DNA of 64,000 nucleotides from Myxococcota bacterium (GCA_965223415.1 OZ245002.1:1888001-1952000), one strand, 5' to 3'; shown: positions 53,838 through 63,581, counted from the stretch's first letter. Notes: generated by a model from the letters alone, not told the origin. Translations and numbers: made by a program.

Positions 53838-55400
53838 TCAGATCCTCCGCTCGATGTCCGGGAAGCTCCGCCAGACCGGGATCCCGCAGAAGTGGCTGCC
53901 CTCGGTGCAGCGCGGCCGTACGAGCCCGGTGCGCACGGAGCACGGGGGGCCCACGTGGCGCATCAGCTCCGGGTGCACTGCGCGCACCTGCTCGATCTCG
54001 TCCATCGAGGCCTCGAAGATCTCCCGCTGGGCGTTCAGACAGGTGCGCATGGTCCACTTGTGGAGCTGGTGGAGAAGGCTCCCGGACTCCTCGAAGCGGA
54101 GCGCCAGGGCGTTCGGAAGGACGTAGAGGGCCAGCTCGGGATTCACGCCGAGAGCGTGGAGGCGGCGGCGGGCCTCCCAGGAGGCCTCGACGCTCTCGCG
54201 GAAGACGGCGTGGCAGCCGGGATCGTCGGCGATCAGCGCCGGCTCGATCACGTCCGGCGTGTCCGGCACGTTGAACAGCAGCAGCGGCCGCGAGCCGGGC
54301 ACCATGCGGTGGCGCTGGTCCTGGGAATCGGCGGTGTGGGAGAGCTTCTTGCGGAAGGTGTAGTGGGCGTGGTTCAGGGTCCGCATCAGGGGCGAGTGGG
54401 CCGAGACGTTGAGGGTGTCGAGGCGGTAGCGGTTGCGGGCGGGGTCGAGCACCCGGGCGATGGCCGTCTCGTCGTCGAGACCGGGCTCGCCCAGCACCGA
54501 GCGCACCGCGTCCGCCACCACCCGAGACGCACGGGCGCCCCAATCGACGAGCCGGGCGCTACGCCCGTCCAGGGACTTGTCGAAGGCCTCGAGGCCCGCC
54601 GAGTCGGCCGGGCCGCGCGGGCGGCCGGCGAGCTCGACGATCTCCTCCTCGCCGAGCGGGTCCTCGCCGATCGCCCCGAAGAAGTCCGGGTCGAGGCGAC
54701 GCACCTCGGCCACCATCCGGTCGACCACGCGGCGCGCCTCCGTCGGTGCGTCGCAGGCCGCCGCCATGCGGTGCAGCCGGTGCAGCGTGATGCCGGTGAT
54801 CGTGTAGACCATCGCCGTGTGGCACGCGACGGGAATGACGTAGCGCGCCGTCTCGATCGCCTTCTTCTCCGCCTCCTTCGCCACGTTGCGACCGAAGGCC
54901 TTGCCGGCCCGATCGGGAAGGCGCCAGAGATCCGAGAGGATCCCCTTCGTCACGGGAAGGAGGCGGCGGGTGAGCTCCGCATAGGCGCCCCAGGCGTCGC
55001 GCACGGCGCCCTCGTACACGGCGCGCGCCTCACCGGCGAGGGCGTCGGGCACGTGGGCACGCGCCTCCTCGAGCTTCACGTAGCGCTGGCTCTGCTGCTC
55101 CGTGTTGTAGAACGGGAAGGAGTGCAGCAGCGACCAGACGAGCTGCCGGGAGATGCCCGACAGCTCGAACTCGAAGGTCGCATGGGTATACACCGTGTGG
55201 TGTCCGCCCTCGTAGGTCAGCGGCCCGATGCGCTCGCGCTGGCCGGCGGTGATCTCGTCGGCGCGAATGACCCGCGGCGAATAGCAGGTTCGCGCAGCGG
55301 CGATGGCGTCGTCGTAGGGCGCCTCGAACCAGTTGCGCAGGCGGATCTCCGGCCCGCCGTCGACGACGGCGTCCGGCGTGCTGCCAGCGTGCTCTGCCAC
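53838..55400 (-). CDS. thyX: FAD-dependent thymidylate synthase family protein, tandem ThyX domains
   Basis: GHHTV..H..F, ISR, QSQRYV, ARYVIP; second repeat QRHR, YVLPNA, RTCLNAQREI. Confidence 0.78.
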   Translation of the reverse strand: MAEHAGSTPDAVVDGGPEIRLRNWFEAPYDDAIAAARTCYSPRVIRADEITAGQRERIGPLTYEGGHHTVYTHATFEFELSGISRQLVWSLLHSFPFYNTEQQSQRYVKLEEARAHVPDALAGEARAVYEGAVRDAWGAYAELTRRLLPVTKGILSDLWRLPDRAGKAFGRNVAKEAEKKAIETARYVIPVACHTAMVYTITGITLHRLHRMAAACDAPTEARRVVDRMVAEVRRLDPDFFGAIGEDPLGEEEIVELAGRPRGPADSAGLEAFDKSLDGRSARLVDWGARASRVVADAVRSVLGEPGLDDETAIARVLDPARNRYRLDTLNVSAHSPLMRTLNHAHYTFRKKLSHTADSQDQRHRMVPGSRPLLLFNVPDTPDVIEPALIADDPGCHAVFRESVEASWEARRRLHALGVNPELALYVLPNALALRFEESGSLLHQLHKWTMRTCLNAQREIFEASMDEIEQVRAVHPELMRHVGPPCSVRTGLVRPRCTEGSHFCGIPVWRSFPDIERRI

Positions 55401-55661
55401 GTCCTTCCCCCATCCCCGCGGACGCCCGCCACGGCGGGCGCCAGCCCGAAGACTCTAGCCGGAATCGGGGGCCCGGAGCCGCACCGCGGCCCTGTGAACG
55501 CCGGGTCACAGTGGAGAAACCTTTTCCCTCCCTGACACCGGCCGGTCTGCCCCGGCTTCCGGCAGCAGGCCCCCGCGGCCCTTCCGGTCGAACGTTTTTT
55601 TGCGAGCATTTTCCGAGCCTTGCGCCATCCTCCTGCGCGGGGTGGGAAGAGCGATGCCCGT

Positions 55662-55677
55662 TGGCATGTCGCTTGCG
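55662..55677 (+). promoter_or_regulatory. Sigma54 (-24/-12) promoter
   Basis: TGGCATGTCGCTTGCG: GG-N10-GC with TTGC. Confidence 0.7.
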
Positions 55678-55742
55678 CTCGTCAGGGGGACCGGCCGGGG
55701 GCGAGGTGCGCCCCGGGGCCGGCACTGCTCCGAGGCCTGCCC

Positions 55743-57596
55743 TTGATCTGGGTCGTCCATCCCGATCCGCGCATCCAGCGCTTCCTCGCCCGACTCGTCG
55801 GCGAGGGCGAGACCCTGTGCGGCGATGCGGCGGATCCCCGCTTCGAGGAGGCCCCGGCGCCCCGGGCCATCGTGCTCGGGGTGGTCGACCCGGCGCCAGC
55901 CCTGGAGCTCGCCGGGTGGGCGGCCACCCGCCATCCCCAGGCCCACTGGGTCCTGGTGCGCGATCCGGGCCTCGACGACGGCGAGCTGGCGAGGCTGTTC
56001 GCCGGGCTGGATGCGGCGCGGCTCGCCTATCCGCCCGAGCCGGCCGCCCTGCGTGCCGCCCTCCGCCCCGGCGCCGGCGACGAGGCGGGCGAGACCCTCC
56101 CGGAGCGCCGGCAGCGGGAGGCCGTGCGCAGCCGCTTCGCCCGCTACTTCCAGGGCCTCGTGCTCCCGGAGCCGGACCAGGTGCAGCGCGCCGGCCGCGG
56201 CCTGGTCGTGCGGGGCGAGCGCGGCACGGGACGGCTGCTCTTCGCCCGCGCGGCGCATCTGCTGGCCGGCGGCGAGCGCTTCGTCCACCTGCCTTGTGAC
56301 GAGACCACCGACACGGCAGGGCTTGCCGCCCGGCTGGGGACGATCCACGAGGCGCGCAGCCTGACGGTGTGCCTGGAGGCGCTCGACCGAGTGGCCCCCG
56401 CCGTGCAGCGGGAGCTCCTGGGCTGGGTCGAGCTCGGTGCTCCGGCGGCGCCGGTGCCCCCGGAGGACGTGCGCTGGATCGCGCTCGTGTCGGAGACGGG
56501 GGCCCTGCTGCCGGAGCTCGCGGACGGGCTCGCAGCTCTCGACGTGCACCTGCCGCCCCTGCGCGAGCGGCGCGAGGCGATTCCGGGCTTCGTGCACGCC
56601 ACCGCCAACCAGTGGGCGGCCGAGCGGCGGGTGGCGCGACAGGTCTCGGAGGCGGCCGTGCAGGAGCTCCAGAGCCACGTCTGGCCCGGCAACCTCCGCG
56701 AGCTCGAGGGCGCGGTGCTGCGACTGCTCGCGGAGGCGGACGACCCGAACATCGAGGCCCACCACGTGAGCGCCCTGCTCGCCGCGGGCGAGGCGCCGCC
56801 GATCCCCCGGCCCCGCCCGACCGCCGAGCCCGCCCGTCCGCTCGCCGAGGCGCCCACCCCCTTGCTGCCCGAAGCGCCCCCGGCGGCGGACGCCCGGCCC
56901 GCCGAGGCGGAGCCTCTCGCCGCCGTCCCGGCCGCGTCGCCGGCCGACGACCCGACGCTCCGCGAGCTCGCCGACTGCCTCGCCCACGAGCTGCGCAATC
57001 CGCTGGTCTCGATCCGCACCTCCGCCGAGCTGCTGCCCGAGCGCTTCGCCGATCCCAGCTTCCGGGGTGACTACCACGAGGAAGTGCTGCGGGACGTCGA
57101 GCGCGTCCAGGACCGGGTCGCCCGCCTGGCCCGCTTCGCCGAGCTGCGCCCGGCCGAGCCCTGGCCGGTGGACGTGAGCGCGCTCCTCGACCGGATGCTG
57201 GAGGAGCGCCGCGACGCGATCCGCCGCCGGCGCCTGCTCGTGCTGCGGGAGCTCGAGAGCGAGCTGCCCCTGGCGCTCGCCGACGAGGCCACCCTGACCT
57301 TCGCCTTCGAGTGCCTGCTCGACCGCATCGTCCGCGAGAGCTCGGAGCGGGCGGATCTCTACCTCGCCTCCCGCCACCACCAGGCGGCGGACGGCCGCAC
57401 CAGCCTACGCATCCTCTTCCGCTTCCACGACGGAAGCCACGCCGGCGAGCTCGCCGAGGCCCGCCACTCCCTGGATCTGTGGCTGGCGAAGGCGGCTCTC
57501 GCCCGCGGCGTGGGCCAGCTCCACATCGACACGGGGCGCGGCGAGGAGACGGTGGTGCTGATCGACCTGCCGGCACCCGGGAAGACCGACCGCTGA
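55743..57596 (+). CDS. Fusion: pseudo-receiver + degenerate sigma54 AAA+ + HisKA + degenerate HATPase (start uncertain)
   Basis: GERGTGR, LPPLRERRE, WPGNLREL, Pro/Ala linker, LAHELRNPL. Confidence 0.75.
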   Translation: MIWVVHPDPRIQRFLARLVGEGETLCGDAADPRFEEAPAPRAIVLGVVDPAPALELAGWAATRHPQAHWVLVRDPGLDDGELARLFAGLDAARLAYPPEPAALRAALRPGAGDEAGETLPERRQREAVRSRFARYFQGLVLPEPDQVQRAGRGLVVRGERGTGRLLFARAAHLLAGGERFVHLPCDETTDTAGLAARLGTIHEARSLTVCLEALDRVAPAVQRELLGWVELGAPAAPVPPEDVRWIALVSETGALLPELADGLAALDVHLPPLRERREAIPGFVHATANQWAAERRVARQVSEAAVQELQSHVWPGNLRELEGAVLRLLAEADDPNIEAHHVSALLAAGEAPPIPRPRPTAEPARPLAEAPTPLLPEAPPAADARPAEAEPLAAVPAASPADDPTLRELADCLAHELRNPLVSIRTSAELLPERFADPSFRGDYHEEVLRDVERVQDRVARLARFAELRPAEPWPVDVSALLDRMLEERRDAIRRRRLLVLRELESELPLALADEATLTFAFECLLDRIVRESSERADLYLASRHHQAADGRTSLRILFRFHDGSHAGELAEARHSLDLWLAKAALARGVGQLHIDTGRGEETVVLIDLPAPGKTDR

Positions 57597-57619
57597 TCAC
57601 CAGTCGCTAGCCTCCCCCC

Positions 57620-58993
57620 ATGCCCCGGGTGCTGGTCGTCGACGACGAGACGGGCGTCCGCGAATCCCTGCGCATGCTCCTCAAGCAGGAGTGCGAGGTG
57701 GTGACGGCGGACGGCGCGGACGCGGGCCTGCGCGCCATGGCCGAGCTGCCGATGGACCTGGTGCTCCTCGATCTCGTGATGCCGGGCAAGAGCGGGCTCG
57801 CCTTCCTGGAGGAGCTGGCGGAGCAGGCGGACGCGCCGCCGGTCATCGTGCTGACGGCGACGAAGACGGTGACCACCGCGGTCGAGGCCATGAAGCTCGG
57901 CGCCGCCGACTACGTGACCAAGCCCTACGAGATCGACGCCCTGCGCATCAAGGTCCGCCAGCTCATCCAACACCGCGCCCTCGAGCGGGAGGTCGTGCGG
58001 CTCACCGACGAGCTGGACCAGCGGACCCGGGTCGGCGACCTGATCGGCCGCAGCGACGCCATGCGCGAGGTGTTCCGCACCATCGACCGGCTGGCGCTCT
58101 CACCGGCCACGGTGTTGGTGCAGGGCGAGAGCGGAACCGGCAAGGAGCTGGCCGCCCGGGCGCTGCACGATCTCTCGCCCCGGGCCGCCGCGCCCTTCGT
58201 CGCGGTGAACTGCGCCGCCATCCCCGACACGTTGATGGAGAGCGAGCTCTTCGGCCATGAGCGCGGCGCCTTCACCGATGCGCGGGACCGGCGCATCGGC
58301 AAGTTCGAGGCGGCGGCCGGCGGCACTCTCTTCCTCGACGAGATCGGCGAGCTGGCGCCGGGCCCCCAGGCCAAGCTGCTCCGCGCCCTCCAGGAGCGGG
58401 TGATCGAGCGGGTCGGCGGCAACCAGACGATCGAGGTGGACGCGCGCATCATCGCCGCCACCAACCGCAACCTGGAGCACGAGGTGGCCGAGGGACGCTT
58501 CCGCGAAGACCTCTACTACCGCATCCACGTCGTGCCGCTGGTGCTGCCGCCGCTGCGGGAGCGCCGGGAGGACGTGAAGCTCCTGGCCGAGCGCTTCCTC
58601 AAGCTGGCCCGCGAGCGCGACGGGCGCGGCCCGTCGCGCATCGGGCGGGATGCGCTCCTCGCCCTCGAGCGCCATCCCTGGCCCGGCAACGTCCGCGAGC
58701 TCGAGAACGTGATCGAACGCGCCTTCACGCTGTGCGACGGCGACACCCTGGGCATCGGCGACCTGCCGGAATCCCTGGCTCGCGGCGCCCGTGCCGACAC
58801 CCTCCGCGACAGCCTGCAGGCGGGGCGCCTCTCCCTGGAGGACACCGTCTCGAGCTTCGAGCAGGAACTCCTCCGCGAGGCCCTCGAGCGCAACGACTGG
58901 AACCAGACCCGAACCGCCGAAGCCCTCGGCACGACCCGCCGCCTGCTCAAGATCAAGATGGACAAGCACGGCCTGTCCAAGCCGGAGCCGTGA
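57620..58993 (+). CDS. NtrC-family sigma54-dependent response regulator
   Basis: Receiver, GESGTGKE, ESELFGHERGAFTDA, FLDEIGEL, WPGNVREL, Fis-type HTH. Confidence 0.94.
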   Translation: MPRVLVVDDETGVRESLRMLLKQECEVVTADGADAGLRAMAELPMDLVLLDLVMPGKSGLAFLEELAEQADAPPVIVLTATKTVTTAVEAMKLGAADYVTKPYEIDALRIKVRQLIQHRALEREVVRLTDELDQRTRVGDLIGRSDAMREVFRTIDRLALSPATVLVQGESGTGKELAARALHDLSPRAAAPFVAVNCAAIPDTLMESELFGHERGAFTDARDRRIGKFEAAAGGTLFLDEIGELAPGPQAKLLRALQERVIERVGGNQTIEVDARIIAATNRNLEHEVAEGRFREDLYYRIHVVPLVLPPLRERREDVKLLAERFLKLARERDGRGPSRIGRDALLALERHPWPGNVRELENVIERAFTLCDGDTLGIGDLPESLARGARADTLRDSLQAGRLSLEDTVSSFEQELLREALERNDWNQTRTAEALGTTRRLLKIKMDKHGLSKPEP

Positions 58994-59058
58994 GACAAGG
59001 GGACGTTCCTGTCTGTCTCACTCTGGAGTGAGACAGACAGGAACGTCCCCTTGTCTCA
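58991..59058. repeat. REP-like doublet: perfect 33 bp inverted arms, 2 nt spacer
   Basis: tgagacaaggggacgttcctgtctgtctcactc-tg-reverse complement; same family as 39160. Confidence 0.92.
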
Positions 59059-59063
59059 GCTAG

Positions 59064-60333
59064 CAGGCTGCTGAAAAACCCTGCGTTTCCGTGTTCTCGA
59101 TGGTAGAAGATGGGTCGGGGGGAGAGAGGATGCGCGGCAGCGACCGAGAGCAGGGTTCGATGTTCAGCTACGTCTCGCTGGAGACGCGGATTCCGGAGGA
59201 TCATCCGCTTCGCCCCATGCGGGCGATGGTGGACGAGGCGCTGAGGGGCCTGTCTCGGCGGTTCTCGGAGCTCTACGCGTCGACGGGCCGGCCGTCGATC
59301 CCACCGGAGCGGCTGCTGCGGGCTCTGTTGCTGCAGGTGCTCTACTCGATCCGGAGTGAGCGCCAGCTGATGGAGCAGCTCGAGTACAACCTGCTGTTCC
59401 GTTGGTTCGTAGGGCTGGGGATGGAGGATGCGGTCTGGGTCCCGACGGTCTTCACGAAGAACCGGGACCGGCTGCTGGAAGGGGACGTGGCGGAGGCGTT
59501 CTTTGAGGCGGTGCTGGCGCAGGGAAAGGACCACGGCCTTCTGTCGTCGGAGCACTTCACGGTGGATGGCACGCTGATCGAGGCGTGGGCGAGCCAGAAG
59601 AGCTTCCGGGCGAAGGACGGCTCGGGGGACGACGGAGACGACGATCCGGGCAACCCGACGGTGAACTTTCGGGGAGAGCGGCGGAGCAACGCGACGCACG
59701 AATCGACGACGGATCCCGAGGCGCGGCTGGCGCGCAAGAAGGGCCAGACCTCGCAGCTGGCCTACATGGGCCATCTGCTGACGGAGAACCGCAACGGCCT
59801 GATCGTCTCGGCGCTGCTGACGGAGGCCGATGGCTACGCCGAGCGGCTGGCAGCGCTGGAGATGGCGGAGGACGTGGCGGGAAGGCGCCGGATCACGCTG
59901 GGCGGGGACAAGGGCTACGACACCGAGGAGTTCGTGGCGGGCTGCCGGAAGCGCAACATCACGCCGCACGTGGCGCAGCACACGACGAATCGGGCCAGCC
60001 GGATCGACGGTCGCACGGTCCGTCACGAGGGCTACGCGATCAGCCAGCACAAACGCAAGCGGATCGAGGAGTGCTTCGGTTGGATGAAGACGGTCGGGGG
60101 AATGCGAAAGACGCGTCACCGGGGCACGGATCGGGTCGGGTGGATGTTCGTCTTCACGGCGGCGGTCTACAACCTGGTCCGCATACGCAACCTCGTAGAG
60201 GTCACATGACGCACCTGCATCGAGACGAGGTACCCCGGATCACTTCCGGGATCGAAGAGCGAGCCGAGCGGGCCGCGGGGACCCGCGCCCTCTGGCGTTC
60301 TGGCGCCTCTCAGCGCCGAATTTCAGCAGCCTG
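59064..60333 (+). mobile_element. IS5-family insertion sequence, 1270 bp
   Basis: 13 bp terminal IR CAGGCTGCTGAAA/TTTCAGCAGCCTG, flanked by CTAG at 59060-59063 and 60334-60337. Confidence 0.9.
59130..60209 (+). CDS. IS5-family DDE transposase
   Basis: DHPLR, GRPSIPPERLL, SERQL, VDGT, GDKGYD, RKRIEECFGWMK. Confidence 0.92.
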   Translation: MRGSDREQGSMFSYVSLETRIPEDHPLRPMRAMVDEALRGLSRRFSELYASTGRPSIPPERLLRALLLQVLYSIRSERQLMEQLEYNLLFRWFVGLGMEDAVWVPTVFTKNRDRLLEGDVAEAFFEAVLAQGKDHGLLSSEHFTVDGTLIEAWASQKSFRAKDGSGDDGDDDPGNPTVNFRGERRSNATHESTTDPEARLARKKGQTSQLAYMGHLLTENRNGLIVSALLTEADGYAERLAALEMAEDVAGRRRITLGGDKGYDTEEFVAGCRKRNITPHVAQHTTNRASRIDGRTVRHEGYAISQHKRKRIEECFGWMKTVGGMRKTRHRGTDRVGWMFVFTAAVYNLVRIRNLVEVT

Positions 60334-60873
60334 CTAGCGGATCCAGCCGGGCAGGCAGCCGGCGCGGCGGCACTCCTCCTCCAGGCCCTCGGCGAGGTAC
60401 TGGCTGAGCTCTGCGTGGGCCTCCTGGAGGCGGCCGTACTCCTCCTGGACGTCGCTGCACTCGATGGTTCGGCGACGGCCCAGGTCGTCGGTGGTGTAGA
60501 CGCCGTCGCCGCGGTTGCACCAGCCGGCGACCTTCCGCAGGGTGGGGAGCTGCTGGTCGAGCTGGGCGAGCTGCTGCTCTGCGCGCTGCTTCTTGGTGCG
60601 CCAGCGGGCGGCGTCAGCTTCGTCGTTGATCGTCTGGCGGCGGGCGCGGGGCTCCGCGACCGCCGGACGCGGAGCAGGCTCCAGGCGCGCCGCCGGCGCC
60701 ACGCTCTGGATCTTCTTCTTCGGCTCGTGCTTCTTCGCGCCGGGACACTGGCTGGCGTCGCCGGTGAAGCGCACCTGGCCGTCCGGGCCGGTGCATCGGT
60801 AGATCTCCGCCGCGGCGGGCGCGGCCACCGATACGGCGAACAAGGCGATCAGCAACACGACTCGCGTTGTCAT
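60334..60873 (-). CDS. Secreted DUF4124-like protein with coiled coil
   Basis: Signal peptide then EIYRCTGPDGQVRFT; ends RAGCLPGWIR. Confidence 0.72.
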   Translation of the reverse strand: MTTRVVLLIALFAVSVAAPAAAEIYRCTGPDGQVRFTGDASQCPGAKKHEPKKKIQSVAPAARLEPAPRPAVAEPRARRQTINDEADAARWRTKKQRAEQQLAQLDQQLPTLRKVAGWCNRGDGVYTTDDLGRRRTIECSDVQEEYGRLQEAHAELSQYLAEGLEEECRRAGCLPGWIR

Positions 60874-61709
60874 CCATCCCTCCACGCCTGGGGAACCTGC
60901 GCGCGGTCGGCCGCTGCGTCGAGCTCGTCGAGCGCCGTTTCCAGGGCGGCCAGTCGATCCGCGAGCTCCCGGCGACGGCTCTCGCGGAAGAAGTGGTTCT
61001 CGCCGATGTAGGTCTCGAGGGTCGCGATCTTGGCGTTCAGCTCGGCGAAGCGGCGCCGCCACTGACCTTCGCTCATGCCGCTCCGCACCCGGTCGTTGGG
61101 GCGCAGGCTGATCACCTGGGCGCCCGGGTCGATCTGGAAGGTGAAGTTGTTGAAGAACGCGCCGCCGAGCAGCCCGATCTCCATGCTATCGGTGATCGAT
61201 CCGCGCACGCCCTCGACCCGTGCGTCGCCGACCTGTACGGAATCGAGGGTGACGATCGGATGGCTCACCACGCCGTTGGCGGTCTGGTAGAGGGCGGTGG
61301 GCGTGTCGGGACCGACGCGGATGCCGGCCCGTTGAGCGACCGAAGCCGGGATCGAGACGTCGCTCGCGCCGGTGTCGACGACGAAGGGCGCGGTCACCCG
61401 ATCGTTGAGTCGCACCATCACCAGCATGGCGCCCCGTTGCTGCTCGTAGCGGATGTGGATCACGCCGCTCCGACCGCGCCGGCGAGTGGCGGGACGCGAG
61501 GCGCCCGGGGCGGGGCTCGCGTAGATCTGGAGGCGGCTCGGCGGCGCGGCCCTGGCCCCCTCCCGTGCCGCTGGCCGCTGGCTCTCGGGCACCTGGGACA
61601 GATCCTGGGTGAAGTGGACCCGGCCCTGCGCATCGGTCCAGCGGTAGATGTCCGCGTGGGCGGCCGTGCCGAGCAGCAGCACGGCGAGCAGAGCCAGGGT
61701 GGGGCGCAT
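60870..61709 (-). CDS. DUF4124-like + retropepsin-like aspartyl protease
   Basis: DIYRWTDAQGRVHFT, VVDTGAS, TANG, GLLG. Confidence 0.85.
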   Translation of the reverse strand: MRPTLALLAVLLLGTAAHADIYRWTDAQGRVHFTQDLSQVPESQRPAAREGARAAPPSRLQIYASPAPGASRPATRRRGRSGVIHIRYEQQRGAMLVMVRLNDRVTAPFVVDTGASDVSIPASVAQRAGIRVGPDTPTALYQTANGVVSHPIVTLDSVQVGDARVEGVRGSITDSMEIGLLGGAFFNNFTFQIDPGAQVISLRPNDRVRSGMSEGQWRRRFAELNAKIATLETYIGENHFFRESRRRELADRLAALETALDELDAAADRAQVPQAWRDG

Positions 61710-61940
61710 TCCCTGCGAATCGGTCGCCGCCGCCGGCGGCTTGATCGGCCGTCCCAGCGTTCCGGATGGTACACACCGCATTTCTGCTCCAAGGACGGTG
61801 GTTTACGTCTCCTCCCCGGGAATCGGTGAACCAGATGGAACGCCTCACCGGGGCTCCGGCGCATCGACCCCCAGGGGTGAGATCGGGAAAAGTGCTTTGG
61901 CGGCTGGGGGTTGTGCCGGATTTCGCGGATCCGGCCGAGA

Positions 61941-61956
61941 TGGCACGCCCCTTGAT
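61941..61956 (+). promoter_or_regulatory. Putative sigma54 promoter (GA variant at -12)
   Basis: TGGCACGCCCCTTGAT shortly before GTG 61970. Confidence 0.5.
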
Positions 61957-61969
61957 AGGGAACACTGTC

Positions 61970-63154
61970 GTGACCGCCGCCGAGCCCCTCTCCGAGACCG
62001 CCTCCCCCGCGAACCGCGCGACCGTCCTGGTCGTCGACGACGAGCGGGGGCCCCGCGAATCGCTCCGGATGATCCTCCAGCCCACCTACGACGTGCAGGT
62101 GGCCCGGGACGGGTCCGAGGCCCTCCGCGTGCTGCGCAGCCGGCCCGTCGACCTCGTCACCCTCGACCTGAACATGCCCGGCATCCAGGGCGAGGAGCTG
62201 ATGGGGGTGGTGCGCCGGGAGTTCCCGGACGTCGAGGTCGTGATCATCACCGGCCACGGCACCCTCGAGAGCGCCACCGAGGCGATCCGCTACGGCGTCT
62301 CCGACTACCTCCAGAAGCCCTTCGACGTGGTGCAGGTGAGCGCCGCGGTGTTCCGCTGCCTCTCCCGCCGCCGCGGCCGCAACCGGCTCGTCACGTTCCT
62401 CTCGTCCCTCGGCGAGACGATCGGCTACCAGGACCAGATCGAGGCGATCCTCGAGCAGGCGGGTCAGGACCCGCGGGTGGGCCGCCGCATCGGCCGGCTG
62501 CTCGACGAGGAAGAGGCCGAGAGCCCGGGGCCGAACACCCTGGCCCGCTCCCTCGAGTGCCTCGAGGTGCTGGCGGACACGGTCGAGATCCAGAGCGGCT
62601 TCCTGCGCGGCCACGCCCGGCGCACCGGCTTCTACGCGGGCCTGCTGGCCGACCGGCTCCAGCTCGAGAACGCAATGATCGAACACGTTCGCATTGCGGG
62701 ATTCCTTCACGATGTCGGGAAGATCGGCGTCCCCACCGAGCTCCTGCTGCGGCCCGGCGCCCTCGACCCCAAGGAGCGCGCCGCCCTCGAGAAGCACCCG
62801 GAAATCGGGGCGCGGCTGGTCGAGCCCCTGGGCGTCGCCACCGAGATCATCGCGGCCATCCGCCACCACCACGAGTGGTGGGACGGCCGGGGCTACGGCG
62901 ACGGCCTCTACGGCGAGCAGATCCCGCTCTCGGCCCGCATCGTGGCCGTCGCCGACGCCTACGACGCCATGACCTGCGACCGGCCCTACCGCGAGGCGCT
63001 CTCGCCGGAGGTCGTGCGGCTCGAGATCGAGCGCTACGCGGGGGTGCAGTTCGACCCGACCCTCGCCAAGGAGTTCCTGCGGCTCATCGACGCCTCGGAG
63101 GTTCCCCTCCAGGTGCTGGCCGAGGCCACGAACGCGGAGGAGGTCGCGGCATGA
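61970..63154 (+). CDS. Receiver + HD-GYP phosphodiesterase
   Basis: VLVVDDE..DLNMP..KP; LHDVGKIG, HHHEWWDGRGYG, ADAYDAMT, RPYR. Confidence 0.9.
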   Translation: MTAAEPLSETASPANRATVLVVDDERGPRESLRMILQPTYDVQVARDGSEALRVLRSRPVDLVTLDLNMPGIQGEELMGVVRREFPDVEVVIITGHGTLESATEAIRYGVSDYLQKPFDVVQVSAAVFRCLSRRRGRNRLVTFLSSLGETIGYQDQIEAILEQAGQDPRVGRRIGRLLDEEEAESPGPNTLARSLECLEVLADTVEIQSGFLRGHARRTGFYAGLLADRLQLENAMIEHVRIAGFLHDVGKIGVPTELLLRPGALDPKERAALEKHPEIGARLVEPLGVATEIIAAIRHHHEWWDGRGYGDGLYGEQIPLSARIVAVADAYDAMTCDRPYREALSPEVVRLEIERYAGVQFDPTLAKEFLRLIDASEVPLQVLAEATNAEEVAA

Positions 63155-63182
63155 CGGCAGCTCCGGCTGGGGAGGGTTCGGC

Positions 63183-63581
63183 GTGACGCCCACGGAAGTC
63201 CAGATCCCGCTGTTCGAGACGGAGACGCCCCTGCGCCGCCACGAGGCGCGGGAGGATCGCGTGAAGGTGGTGCAGTACTGCCGCTTCCCGCGGGTCTGCG
63301 CCGACCAGCGCATGCGCACGGCGTTCACCCGGGACGTCTCGGCGACCGGGCTGTGTGTACGGGTGGACGCTGCCGAGCCCGTCGGCGCGTTGCTGCGATT
63401 GGTTCCACGGGGGGTGGATGGGGAGCCCGAGCCCGAACGGATCGGGCGGGTCGCCTGGACGCGGCCCACGGCGGACGGTGGACGCTGGCTCGGCATCGCG
63501 TTGCTCGATTGCGAGCAGCGCCAGCCGATCCGGATCCGCTACGTCCGCCGCCCCAGCCCCGCCCGCGCCGCCGGCGAGTAG
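63183..63581 (+). CDS. PilZ domain protein
   Basis: RxxxR (RRHEAR), DxSxxG (DVSATG), GRVAW, LGIA. Confidence 0.72.
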   Translation: MTPTEVQIPLFETETPLRRHEAREDRVKVVQYCRFPRVCADQRMRTAFTRDVSATGLCVRVDAAEPVGALLRLVPRGVDGEPEPERIGRVAWTRPTADGGRWLGIALLDCEQRQPIRIRYVRRPSPARAAGE

